IMG/VR virus record: IMGVR_UViG_3300047553_000365
Coordinates: 64,001-128,000 of that record
Source: a virus
Length of the DNA stretch: 64,000 nt
Direction: 5' to 3' (one strand)
A program made the translations under genes and the position numbers. The notes beneath the pieces are model-generated. The model did no database searches and was not told the origin of the DNA. It worked only from the letters and a program-made list of their open reading frames with translations. Below, piece after piece: positions 18,174-27,284 of the stretch; the stretch's first letter is position 1, and each line of letters opens with the position of its first letter.

Positions 18174-18185
18174 CGGTTTTAATTA
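18174..18185 (-). promoter_or_regulatory. Early promoter motif copy 8 (-gga-TATGAT-6 nt-ATG)
   Basis: Exact 12-mer. Confidence 0.75.
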
Positions 18186-18189
18186 CTAC

Positions 18190-18525
18190 TTATTTCCCTC
18201 TTTTGATCTTTTCCTTACGAATAGCCTTAGATTCTTTTTTATTAGGAATATGAGGAAGTCCTTCCAAAACATCAATAAAATCCCCCACATTAACAGCCAT
18301 ACGAATCGAAGGATATTCTATTCCACAATATTTTATATTGGGAACTATAAAAACTATATTAGATTTACGATCATAACCATTAATACCAATAGGCTTTTGA
18401 TTTAAAATATACCTAGGATTAAAAGTTAAAATTTCTTCCTTGGTAATTCTGGGAAGTTTGATTCTTTCATATTCATCCCACCCAAGGCTAACTAAAACAT
18501 CTATAAGTTCTCTTTCGGTGTTCAT
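18190..18525 (-). CDS. Hypothetical protein
   Basis: ORF; start moved to MNTERE. Confidence 0.6.
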   Translation of the reverse strand: MNTERELIDVLVSLGWDEYERIKLPRITKEEILTFNPRYILNQKPIGINGYDRKSNIVFIVPNIKYCGIEYPSIRMAVNVGDFIDVLEGLPHIPNKKESKAIRKEKIKRGK

Positions 18526-18526
18526 A

Positions 18527-18994
18527 CTACAACACAATTTTAATTTTAGAAACTTTATTTAAAATTTCCTCTCTAATTTTATCTACTGATATCTTTGGAG
18601 GATTTTTCTTTTTATAATCACTATCATCATAACTACCCCAAGAACACCCATAATAATAGGGTTCCCCACTTTTAGTCTTATTACAACAAGGATTATACTT
18701 TTCAGCTATTTCCATAAGTTTGAATGTATAATGATAGAAACTATCAAAATTCCAAACATCATATTCGAAAGAGGACGCACTACTATATCCTTCTTCTCTG
18801 GCAAGAACCATTATCTCTTCTTCCTTCTTTTCTTGTAGTTCCTTATTATTAGGCCACTCATGTCCCCAAATATCGTTTTCATCATTTCTATTTGAAAACA
18901 TAATACCAGAGTAATAGTAAATATTACCACTTTTATCAAACTCATATATTTCCATATGAGTTTCATCAACTTTATGTTCTATCGTTATGCTCAT
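18527..18994 (-). CDS. Hypothetical protein
   Basis: 155 aa, ATGA-coupled. Confidence 0.65.
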   Translation of the reverse strand: MSITIEHKVDETHMEIYEFDKSGNIYYYSGIMFSNRNDENDIWGHEWPNNKELQEKKEEEIMVLAREEGYSSASSFEYDVWNFDSFYHYTFKLMEIAEKYNPCCNKTKSGEPYYYGCSWGSYDDSDYKKKNPPKISVDKIREEILNKVSKIKIVL

Positions 18995-19548
18995 GATATT
19001 AGCTCTAACTTATTAATCTCTTTCATAACATCATCTTCGGAAAGATGATATAAATTATAAATTGGTATATTTCTACTTTTTGCAATTCTCATGGCTTGCC
19101 CTGTTCCTCCTACATCGGTTCCATCATGTGTCCAACATATAACAAAACTACTATCGGGTTCATTATTCACATAACCACAAATTTGTCTATAGTTTCTAGC
19201 ATGAAAATAACCATCTGGAACATTAGGTTTTCCCTCCTTATTTATAATATATGATCCTCTAGGATGGAACTTTACTACAGATTTAAAAGCCTCTTCATCA
19301 TAATCAGATAAAATCCTATATGTATGTTGAGGATGAGAATCTTTAAATTTTTTGTTAAAATTATTCCAAGGCAACCATATTTGTGCATCACAACCCTTAA
19401 CACCTTTAGCAAATGCTTGATCTGCGCCCTCGGCATTACCTGATCTTAAAGTATATCCCATACATTCAAGTTTACCTGCAATACTAGTCATAGTCTTAGA
19501 AATATCATCAGGAATAGTCCTAGATCCTATACCAGCATAATACTTCAT
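18991..19548 (-). CDS. SLOG/DprA-like nucleotide-binding protein
   Basis: YYAGIGSR, LRSGNAEGADQAF, HARNYRQICG and FVICWT.DG...GGTGQAMRIA motifs. Confidence 0.78.
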   Translation of the reverse strand: MKYYAGIGSRTIPDDISKTMTSIAGKLECMGYTLRSGNAEGADQAFAKGVKGCDAQIWLPWNNFNKKFKDSHPQHTYRILSDYDEEAFKSVVKFHPRGSYIINKEGKPNVPDGYFHARNYRQICGYVNNEPDSSFVICWTHDGTDVGGTGQAMRIAKSRNIPIYNLYHLSEDDVMKEINKLELIS

Positions 19549-19549
19549 A

Positions 19550-20188
19550 TTACTTCTTAGTTAAAGGGGTGGCACTACTAAGTTGATTATTTTCAATCAA
19601 AAACACTTCACCATTCTTAGGACTTTTATACGATTCAAATTCTTCAACAGTCCATCCAAAAAGATACATGAGATACACCTTGTTGAATTCACCATGAGAA
19701 ACCACAATGTTATTACTAGATGCATTATTAAGAAGATGTTGGTGAAAGATCATAGCTCTCTGATAACAGTCAGCAAAACTTTCTCCCCCATCAGGTCTAT
19801 TATAGAAGTTGAAATCATGTTCAGTATGAAGTTTATTAAAGGTTAGTTCTCTAAGCTTTCCCCATTCCCTTTCTCTAAGAATAGGCATAGTAAAATGCTT
19901 ACCAAAAGAATACATGGGAATACCACTTAGTTCATACTTAATAACACTAGCAGTTTGTTTTGCCCTCCTAAATGTAGAGGTAAACATATTAAACATTTGC
20001 GGTGTATGAGTAGGATACTCTACTTGATTATCAAATCTATCAAGTAACTGAATAATCTTCTTTGCTGCTAAAGATGCGTGTCCCGTTCCTTTAGCAGTAA
20101 GTTGAATATCTGCATCATGTTTAGTGAAGTAAACAGAATGATCTGCATTACCTTCTGATTCTCCATGTCTGACTAGCCAAATTCTCAT
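19550..20188 (-). CDS. Histidine phosphatase (phosphoglycerate mutase family)
   Basis: LVRHGESEGN, STFRRAKQT, LREREWG, GGESFAD and VVSHG motifs. Confidence 0.9.
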   Translation of the reverse strand: MRIWLVRHGESEGNADHSVYFTKHDADIQLTAKGTGHASLAAKKIIQLLDRFDNQVEYPTHTPQMFNMFTSTFRRAKQTASVIKYELSGIPMYSFGKHFTMPILREREWGKLRELTFNKLHTEHDFNFYNRPDGGESFADCYQRAMIFHQHLLNNASSNNIVVSHGEFNKVYLMYLFGWTVEEFESYKSPKNGEVFLIENNQLSSATPLTKK

Positions 20189-20316
20189 GATTCTTCTTTG
20201 ATTTGTTTTTTACCGTCTTTTCTTACACGCTTATTTTGTGGTTTTTTCCAATCTCGTAGATGTTTCCACCGTTGGACAGTTTTAACTGAACCTTTGCCTT
20301 TAGATGAAGATGCCAT
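20185..20316 (-). CDS. Small basic peptide (43 aa)
   Basis: MASSSKGKGSVKTVQRWKHLRDWKKPQNKRVRKDGKKQIKEES; ATG lies 1 nt after the upstream stop. Confidence 0.55.
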   Translation of the reverse strand: MASSSKGKGSVKTVQRWKHLRDWKKPQNKRVRKDGKKQIKEES

Positions 20317-20317
20317 A

Positions 20318-21046
20318 TCAGTTTCCTTTAAGATTAATAGGTTTTTCTCTGTCAGTAATTCTAAAGACAGGATGCGGAGTAAAGCCACCTTGATAAGTTC
20401 CCCAAGGGGGAGTCATATTATCACCAGTAACATCACAATACTTTGCAATATTAGGATACCACTTCTTGTTACTGATTAAACCAACCTTGTCCTTATGAAC
20501 AAAAATATGATAACCACCACGGGTTTCCACAACATCACAATAACCTTCGCAAAGGTCAATACACTCCATAATAGTCTTTTCATCCTTGGAGTCAAGATCA
20601 AAAGGAATATATTTTTTATTGCTACTGCAAGACCTTTGAATCTCACTAAGAATTTCCGCATGAGGATTTGCATTCTTGGAAGAACATTCCAATAGAGTAG
20701 CTAAAACGCTAATACCCTTAAGAGTAGCCTTCCATAGATCCCTAGGATTAGGAGTAACATATAATGCAAGTGCCTCTTGAGGAACAGGCTTATCTTGCTC
20801 TCCCTTAACTCTATATGCACCAAGCTTACATTCAAGCTGTGCTACCTTACCATAAAAGTATTCCTTATCGGTGGTGAACCTCTTAAGTTGTCCTTTGTCA
20901 CTTTTAATCCAAGGCATATCGTGACAATACTTCTTACGACAAAAAAGACAACCATAGTATTTCTCATTTACTTCCAGATCAGGAAGCCAATCAATAAATT
21001 CTCGGAAAAGTTTATCATCAGTAATAATTTGATAAGTTTCGCTCAT
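20318..21046 (-). CDS. Putative AEP-superfamily (primase/polymerase-like) protein
   Basis: IPFDLDSK (hhDxD) and VETRGGYHIF (TxxGxH) motifs; directly behind an early promoter. Confidence 0.55.
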   Translation of the reverse strand: MSETYQIITDDKLFREFIDWLPDLEVNEKYYGCLFCRKKYCHDMPWIKSDKGQLKRFTTDKEYFYGKVAQLECKLGAYRVKGEQDKPVPQEALALYVTPNPRDLWKATLKGISVLATLLECSSKNANPHAEILSEIQRSCSSNKKYIPFDLDSKDEKTIMECIDLCEGYCDVVETRGGYHIFVHKDKVGLISNKKWYPNIAKYCDVTGDNMTPPWGTYQGGFTPHPVFRITDREKPINLKGN

Positions 21047-21061
21047 GACCCCACTATACCT

Positions 21062-21073
21062 CGGTTTTAATTA
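21062..21073 (-). promoter_or_regulatory. Early promoter motif copy 9 (-agg-TATAGT-6 nt-ATG)
   Basis: Exact 12-mer. Confidence 0.75.
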
Positions 21074-21255
21074 ATAAACTTCTCTGCCTCTTTCTCTGTC
21101 TTTAACAGAATTTTCTTAGAGACTTCCAACATACTAAGAGCAAATTCATCAGGAAGTTTTTTAACATGTTCTTCCCAAAATAAAACATAACCCTTGGCAT
21201 TCATTAAGCGTCTACTATAGATGCGCTTAATTCTATATTCATCATTCTCTTCCAT
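21067..21255 (-). CDS. Hypothetical protein
   Basis: 62 aa; TAATG overlap with the ligase stop. Confidence 0.6.
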   Translation of the reverse strand: MEENDEYRIKRIYSRRLMNAKGYVLFWEEHVKKLPDEFALSMLEVSKKILLKTEKEAEKFIN

Positions 21256-22361
21256 TATTCAAAGTCTCTAATTCCGTAAACGAACGGGAACCTAGGAATA
21301 AGCTTATCAGGAGTAAGATTGAAATATCTTACAGTTGCTTTCTTACCAATATAGTTACCCTTATTCACCCAGAGTTCTTGTAAGTAGTCTCTATCACCCT
21401 TGATATTAGAATTAAACTGGTGTCCTAATTTGTTGACAAATACCATAGCACCTGCCAATCCGCTTCTATTACCATTTCCTTCAAGAATATCCATAATAAC
21501 AAATTCATCATCTTGGAATTCCTTTCTCTTAAGAAGAGAAGCAGAACGCTTGAATTCATACTTAGTATTCTCTCTCACCATTTGACCTTCATAACCATTA
21601 TCAAGAAATTGCTCATACAGGGAATCTAATTGACTATTATTTTCCGCTAAGTATGTGGGAACAACTTTTATACCATATTCACCAAGATTAAATACCGTGT
21701 GAATGTGGTTAATTAAGTTGTTTCTTTCTGAAAATGTATTTGTATCATCGGCAATATCATACCACCAGAATTGAACCATGTTCTTACACTCATTCAAATC
21801 TTTAGCAGATGGTTTTTGTTTCTTAACCAATGAAGTGATCTTGTTAAAATCATCTTTCAGATTATGGTTGTAGAGTTCACCATCCAACACAAGGTCAGGA
21901 TACATATTAAATACATTCTCAAGACCCTCTAAAATAAAGGGAATAGTCACCCATTTCTTACCATTTCTAGAGTATGCACCTTTACGGGAAATTACTGCTC
22001 TAAGACCATCAAGCTTTGGTTGACAGTAAAGAGGAAACTTAACCTTATCCTTACGATCTTCCCACTTCTTGGCTAACATGGGTTCAACATATTGTTGAAT
22101 GTCAATACTATTGATATCCTCATGATATCCTGTATCTTTTCTTTTTTGCCATGCTGCCTGTGCTTCAAACAATGCCTGTTCAGCAGGATTTCTCTGATTG
22201 GATCTACCAAAATTTGTAACATCACAAACAGTCCATTCAGTAGTTTGTAACTTACCATCTAATTGACCATGAATAGTTCGATATATCTCACCCTCAATCT
22301 CAATAGTCCAAGTTTGAATTGCACCCGTATTTGTTCTTGAATATAGTGTAGGTAATTTCAT
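21255..22361 (-). CDS. lig: ATP-dependent DNA ligase
   Basis: EPMLAK, QPKLDGLRA, YSRNGK, LDGELY, GYEGQMVR, RSASLLKRKEF and LIPRFP motifs. Confidence 0.93.
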   Translation of the reverse strand: MKLPTLYSRTNTGAIQTWTIEIEGEIYRTIHGQLDGKLQTTEWTVCDVTNFGRSNQRNPAEQALFEAQAAWQKRKDTGYHEDINSIDIQQYVEPMLAKKWEDRKDKVKFPLYCQPKLDGLRAVISRKGAYSRNGKKWVTIPFILEGLENVFNMYPDLVLDGELYNHNLKDDFNKITSLVKKQKPSAKDLNECKNMVQFWWYDIADDTNTFSERNNLINHIHTVFNLGEYGIKVVPTYLAENNSQLDSLYEQFLDNGYEGQMVRENTKYEFKRSASLLKRKEFQDDEFVIMDILEGNGNRSGLAGAMVFVNKLGHQFNSNIKGDRDYLQELWVNKGNYIGKKATVRYFNLTPDKLIPRFPFVYGIRDFE

Positions 22362-22363
22362 AA

Positions 22364-22771
22364 TTAAGATCCTGCATGTAATACTAATTCACCATTTTCC
22401 ATACTATATCCTTCCAGATAACCATGATGGCCATCGTGGTTGTTCGCAAAGAATCTAAAGATATCCTTTATGGTAGGATTGGTAAACACTTGTGATTTGT
22501 TTTCCCAATCTTCAATACGAACAGTCAATTCCCCTTCATAAATTACTTCTTCATTGGAGAAGTCTGGATACTTAACAATCCATTCAGATCCTTTATCATC
22601 ATCCCCATAATCAATCGAATCAAACATGGAAAATCTAGACCATGCATTGATAGTATACCCACCATATGTTTTCCATTGTCTAGGTGCATGTTCTCCAATT
22701 AATTCTTCCCATTCTCCGCACATCTGGTCATAAGTTCCAGTCTTAACATTTTCTAGTGGTTTTTCGTTCAT
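22364..22771 (-). CDS. Hypothetical protein
   Basis: 135 aa ORF. Confidence 0.65.
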   Translation of the reverse strand: MNEKPLENVKTGTYDQMCGEWEELIGEHAPRQWKTYGGYTINAWSRFSMFDSIDYGDDDKGSEWIVKYPDFSNEEVIYEGELTVRIEDWENKSQVFTNPTIKDIFRFFANNHDGHHGYLEGYSMENGELVLHAGS

Positions 22772-23067
22772 TTTCTTTTGGTCTTTTGTTTAAATTTCTT
22801 AAAATCATCATCAGATATCCAATCTACATCTTCTCTATAAAATTGGAATTCTACCTTACAATATTTTGGTTTAACATAAAGTATACCGTCCCCAATATCA
22901 TCCTTGGTGAGAGTTCCAACAGTTACAAAATATTCCTCTACAGGAATTAGAGTGGTCGGTCTAATCTTTCTAGGAGAATACATAGAAATCTTAAAGGGAT
23001 CTCTTAGATAACAGATAATCCTAGGCTGTTTCAACTTGATTTTATCACCTTTTCTTAGCGTGTCCAT
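22768..23067 (-). CDS. Hypothetical protein
   Basis: 99 aa, overlap-coupled on both sides. Confidence 0.65.
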   Translation of the reverse strand: MDTLRKGDKIKLKQPRIICYLRDPFKISMYSPRKIRPTTLIPVEEYFVTVGTLTKDDIGDGILYVKPKYCKVEFQFYREDVDWISDDDFKKFKQKTKRK

Positions 23068-24425
23068 TAGCTTTCTTCCTCCATGTCAGATTCTCCATTG
23101 TCTCTAGATGCACTTTCCTTAATAACGAAATCAGGATTCTTAAACTTAAATGCTGGTCTAGTAGGCTTGCTTTCAATTCTTACAACAATACCTTCATTAA
23201 CAACAGCATTCTTACTAAGGAAACATTGCTTCTTGAAATAGGTTTCCTTAAGCTTAGTAATGAAGTTTGTTCTCCAATCATCATCCACAGGAATATTAAA
23301 CAGATCCTTGGCCAGTCCGTAGTAATGAATAGGAACAGTTTCCAATCCTCTATCCACACAGAACTCAACCATAGACGGAAGAGAGAATTCGTGCTTTTCC
23401 GTAGAGCTAATATTTCTCACGACACGATAAACATAGAATCCAAGTTCACCCTTAGTTAAACCATAGTCATATCCCTTTTGAACACACTTCTCAGGAGATA
23501 CCCATCCAACAATTTCTCCATAGATAAGATAATCGTCTGGAATGCTGTCCTTAATTCTTTCGGAAATAACAGACCACACACCATTATCATTACCAGTTAA
23601 AATTCTGCTTCTAGATGCATACACATGACGATATTCTGTATTAGGAATACCTACCAAAAATCTGAATGGATTAAATCTCTTCTTACATTCCAGTTCTGCA
23701 AAGATAGCAGATGTGCCATGAAGCTTTTCAGACACAGTAATAATATCATCGGGACTAATAAGAAACATATTCTTACCCAACTGTTCAGTCTTGTAATGAA
23801 AGGCAAATTGATTACCCACAATGCTCTTTTCCGCAGAAGGCTTACGGATAGCACTCTCCACAACATTGTATGCAGAGTTAAGAACCTTTCTAACGGGTCT
23901 TGGAAATATGCCAACGATCTTACCAAAGACTTTACGACACTTATTAGGTGTGCTTTGTGTTTGATTGCTAACTTTAACCTCTGGTCTTACATACTTAGTA
24001 ACCAGTAGATCACTACCCACAGTATCAAATTCTTTACCAAGAGCAAACACAGATTCATTCACCTTGTAATATTCTGCAAGTTTGGAAACCTTAAACACAA
24101 ATCCCTGACTAGGAACTTCACGAAGTCTAATAGCCTTTACACGGCATTGCTTACCAAAGAATCCTTTGGTCTTACCATCGCTATTAAGTTCTGGTCTGTC
24201 CAGAAGATTAGCCCAAGAAAGAAACTTTTTATCAATGCAACATTCCACAGGAAAATACACCAATAGTTCCCCTTCCTGATAAGTGCCTTTTTGAATGATA
24301 ATTTCATTACCGAAAATATCAATCAGAGAAAGCTTATCAGCATTAGGATGATCCTTAATTGTTGGACACTTTACAACTGTGGCCAAATAGTTAGGATCTG
24401 CTGTTTCGGAAATAGTAAGTTTCAT
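23067..24425 (-). CDS. RNA ligase, Rnl2/DRB0094-like with N-terminal OB (tRNA-binding-like) domain
   Basis: HPNADKL..VYFPVE..VKAIRLREVPSQG OB-like N-terminus; VSEKLHGTS, IYGEIVG, EGIVVR and FKFKNPDF motifs. Confidence 0.85.
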   Translation of the reverse strand: MKLTISETADPNYLATVVKCPTIKDHPNADKLSLIDIFGNEIIIQKGTYQEGELLVYFPVECCIDKKFLSWANLLDRPELNSDGKTKGFFGKQCRVKAIRLREVPSQGFVFKVSKLAEYYKVNESVFALGKEFDTVGSDLLVTKYVRPEVKVSNQTQSTPNKCRKVFGKIVGIFPRPVRKVLNSAYNVVESAIRKPSAEKSIVGNQFAFHYKTEQLGKNMFLISPDDIITVSEKLHGTSAIFAELECKKRFNPFRFLVGIPNTEYRHVYASRSRILTGNDNGVWSVISERIKDSIPDDYLIYGEIVGWVSPEKCVQKGYDYGLTKGELGFYVYRVVRNISSTEKHEFSLPSMVEFCVDRGLETVPIHYYGLAKDLFNIPVDDDWRTNFITKLKETYFKKQCFLSKNAVVNEGIVVRIESKPTRPAFKFKNPDFVIKESASRDNGESDMEEES

Positions 24426-24937
24426 AGCGGAATACGAATTGAAGATTGGTTTTTTGTATTTGTGGGATTAAGTTTATAGACGATGAATTCAACATTGAAT
24501 AGATGTTCCATGTCTTCAAGAATAGCTTCCACTACTCTCCAAGAACCTCCTGCACGATCACAGCCCATCTTATAGGGAACACCAATCTTGATAGGAAAGT
24601 AACCATCATACAGATTATCGAAAGCTTCGCAAGCTTTAAAAATAGAATTATATAGGTGGTCATATGAACAGTTCCTATTAAGAGGATTGCCATCGCATCC
24701 AACACCAACTTGCCCATAGAGATTAACCACTAGCCTATTATCTGGCAAGGTGGCAATGGTAGAACTTCCAAGCCTATCCTCTGGTGCAGCATCCCATGCA
24801 TTATCTGCCTGTTCCACTTGGGGCCATTTAACCCTAAGTGCCAATGCAACACCACTACCCATAACTTTATGAGCATTGGCACAATGCATAGCAACATCCC
24901 AATCCCCTTCCAGAAGATCACCATCAATAGTTTTCAT
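24422..24937 (-). CDS. Macro domain (ADP-ribose binding/processing) protein
   Basis: IDGDLL, HCANAHKVMGSGVALAL, VVNLYGQ and VPYKMGCDRAGGSW motifs (T4 Tk.4-like). Confidence 0.88.
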   Translation of the reverse strand: MKTIDGDLLEGDWDVAMHCANAHKVMGSGVALALRVKWPQVEQADNAWDAAPEDRLGSSTIATLPDNRLVVNLYGQVGVGCDGNPLNRNCSYDHLYNSIFKACEAFDNLYDGYFPIKIGVPYKMGCDRAGGSWRVVEAILEDMEHLFNVEFIVYKLNPTNTKNQSSIRIPL

Positions 24938-24952
24938 GCGCCTAGTATGAGT

Positions 24953-24964
24953 CGGTTTTAATTA
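24953..24964 (-). promoter_or_regulatory. Early promoter motif copy 10 (-act-CATACT-6 nt-ATG of macrodomain)
   Basis: Exact 12-mer; its TAA is the upstream stop codon. Confidence 0.75.
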
Positions 24965-25366
24965 CACTCTTTGGTCGGTTTTTATGAATGATTCTACATC
25001 GAAAGAATTTACTACATTATATTCCAGACCGGGATAATGCATTTCCATATATAAATCTAGTTCATCTCTATTTTGAGCAGCCACAAAATATGTCTTTTGT
25101 TCACTATCTTCCACAAACAATTCATAGATGGTATGAACAATGGTGTCGTAGTAAATGATTGAAAATAATTTACCCCAAGCTATTCTCCCAATATACTCCC
25201 ATGAAAACAAAAACACAGAAGCTACCATCCATAGATTTCTATGTTCAATATTAAAGACTCCTCCAAAATGAAGGACTAGGTAAAAGCTTATAATAGTCCA
25301 AAACCATGCGGCAAAATCAAAATGTGATTTATATTTGTAATATATTTTTGGATTTCCTTCAGGCAT
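24962..25366 (-). CDS. Hypothetical membrane protein
   Basis: Two hydrophobic helices. Confidence 0.65.
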   Translation of the reverse strand: MPEGNPKIYYKYKSHFDFAAWFWTIISFYLVLHFGGVFNIEHRNLWMVASVFLFSWEYIGRIAWGKLFSIIYYDTIVHTIYELFVEDSEQKTYFVAAQNRDELDLYMEMHYPGLEYNVVNSFDVESFIKTDQRV

Positions 25367-25583
25367 TTTTTTGTTTCTCTCTAATTTTTCTTTCTAGTAT
25401 ATCTAACTTAACAGTTATATCAGTCTTTTTAGGATTAGCATCTTCAATCCGTAGCAATGAAAAATACTTTTTCTTCAGTTCCTCAAGTTCTAGATCAACC
25501 ACAGGTTCTTTCTTTACAGCCTTTTTCTTAGCAGTAATTTTCTTTGGTTTCTTCTCTTTTTTTGCTGATTCTTCAGGCTCCAT
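25359..25583 (-). CDS. Lys/Glu-rich hypothetical protein
   Basis: Start reassigned to ATG 25583. Confidence 0.55.
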   Translation of the reverse strand: MEPEESAKKEKKPKKITAKKKAVKKEPVVDLELEELKKKYFSLLRIEDANPKKTDITVKLDILERKIREKQKNA

Positions 25584-25890
25584 ATTCAAAGTAATCTTCC
25601 TTTTTACCATAGGCAGTAAAGACTTTAACATCATCGTCTAATCTGGCCACAATGTCTTTGGTATTTAATCTGGATATAAGTTCTGCACAATCTGTTTTGA
25701 AATCATGACTCCAATATCCACACCCCCAATGTCCAATAACTCCCTCACAACATTTACAGTGAACTTCATATTCCAATACTGGTCCTAATGTTTCCAATCT
25801 ATCAATAATTTTTTCCTGAAAATCCGTAGATCCACAGAAATAGCACTTTATGGGCTTACCAATAGTATTATAGTAATCACTGACTTTCAT
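25573..25890 (-). CDS. Zn-ribbon hypothetical protein
   Basis: KCYFCGS..HCKCC motifs. Confidence 0.65.
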   Translation of the reverse strand: MKVSDYYNTIGKPIKCYFCGSTDFQEKIIDRLETLGPVLEYEVHCKCCEGVIGHWGCGYWSHDFKTDCAELISRLNTKDIVARLDDDVKVFTAYGKKEDYFEYGA

Positions 25891-26047
25891 AATCTTCTAC
25901 ATCGTAGTTGTAATCTATCTCCCAGCAGTTTATACCACAACAAGGGCATCCTGTCAACCATGCATCCCCTCCTAATTCATCAAGAGAGTAGAATCTTTGT
26001 TCTGCATGACACCATCCATCATATTCGTTTTCTTCTTCGATATTCAT
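25877..26047 (-). CDS. Small acidic Cys-containing protein (56 aa), not in ORF track
   Basis: Manual translation MNIEEENEYDGWCHAEQRFYSLDELGGDAWLTGCPCCGINCWEIDYNYDVEDYESQ; ATGA overlap with the YopX stop. Confidence 0.6.
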   Translation of the reverse strand: MNIEEENEYDGWCHAEQRFYSLDELGGDAWLTGCPCCGINCWEIDYNYDVEDYESQ

Positions 26048-26442
26048 TTTACTGTGGTTTTAATTAAATTATTATTTTCATTAACATTTCCTATTATGGT
26101 TAATTTATCGAAAGAGTCTTGTGATGTTACAACTCTACCAACAACTTCTGGCTCCCCGTTCCCCATAGCTCTATATATGTAGGGAGTATTAAATCCACCA
26201 TTGTAGTAATCCATATGATAGAGAAATTTTACACCACTTTCAGAACTACTCAATCCCGTAATAGGATTAGCTTCTAAAATATCTCCCTCATATATATCGT
26301 TACCTTTGGAATCTTTAAATCCAGTATATTGTTCAACCTTACACCAATATAGAGGAAATGAAAAGTCTTTAAACATTTTAAGTTCTCCATATTGGTATTT
26401 TTTCTGTTGGTCATACCATGCTCTAAATTTTAGTTCTCTCAT
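26044..26442 (-). CDS. YopX family protein (third paralog)
   Basis: LKFRAWY, EQYTGFKDSKGNDIYEGDIL and IIGNVNEN motifs. Confidence 0.88.
   Translation of the reverse strand: MRELKFRAWYDQQKKYQYGELKMFKDFSFPLYWCKVEQYTGFKDSKGNDIYEGDILEANPITGLSSSESGVKFLYHMDYYNGGFNTPYIYRAMGNGEPEVVGRVVTSQDSFDKLTIIGNVNENNNLIKTTVK
26055..26066 (-). promoter_or_regulatory. Degenerate early promoter copy 11 (TAATTAAAACCA-cag-TAAAAT)
   Basis: 11/12 match at the YopX 3' end; the -10-like hexamer overlaps the next ATG. Confidence 0.4.
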
Positions 26443-27284
26443 ATTCTCATTCTCACATCATCACAAATGCATTCCATAAATTCCAACTCATTCAGAATAT
26501 ATGATGCACATTCTTCTGTTACTCTTCTTTCAGTTCTATGAAAATGACCATGAAATGATTTCTTCGGTTTTGCCAGATCGAAAAGTTTATCATGTAATTT
26601 TCTTTCCATTACACATTCTTCCCAGAGTGTTTTGTCATTAACACACCAAGTAGCTATTCCATCTTTTCTATTTGGACCTAACCAACTAGGAGCAGAATGA
26701 GTTATTAGAACATCACACTCCACCACTTTACTCTCATCAAGATAAAATCGTTCATCGGGCCAATAGTCAACACCTTCAACTCTATATTTTCTATCAATGG
26801 AAATTCCTCCACCGACAAATAGAAACTTTTTACCATTGATAGTCTTTACCGTATAATCAGGTAAAAACTCAATGTTAGAAAGACATGTTATTCTCCAATC
26901 CCCATTAAAGTAATCAGGATTGTCATGATTTCCACGGATGACATACAGTTGTATGTTTCTTTCAGCCAAGACTTCATTTAACTTTGATTGTAATTCAATC
27001 TCATCACCAATCTTGCGCTTGAAACCTATACCATAATCTCCAACTTGAATTATGATACAATCTCTAAAATCTTCTTTAATGATCCTTTCTTTGAATCTAG
27101 TAAATCCTCCATGAAGATCACCAACCACAAGAACCATAGTGTAAAATGTGTAAGGAGCATTTTCCTCCACATTTTTCTTCTTTTTATTCGGGCCTACATT
27201 ATCCCACAAGGGAGATTTATTCCAAGCCTTAATATCATTCACCCTACTAGTCGGGCCTTTTCCACCATGCCATTGTCCTTTCAT
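26439..27284 (-). CDS. Calcineurin-like metallophosphoesterase with N-terminal WHGGKG peptide extension
   Basis: VGDLHG, QVGDYG, IRGNHD, ITHSAP and FHGHFH motifs. Confidence 0.88.
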   Translation of the reverse strand: MKGQWHGGKGPTSRVNDIKAWNKSPLWDNVGPNKKKKNVEENAPYTFYTMVLVVGDLHGGFTRFKERIIKEDFRDCIIIQVGDYGIGFKRKIGDEIELQSKLNEVLAERNIQLYVIRGNHDNPDYFNGDWRITCLSNIEFLPDYTVKTINGKKFLFVGGGISIDRKYRVEGVDYWPDERFYLDESKVVECDVLITHSAPSWLGPNRKDGIATWCVNDKTLWEECVMERKLHDKLFDLAKPKKSFHGHFHRTERRVTEECASYILNELEFMECICDDVRMRI

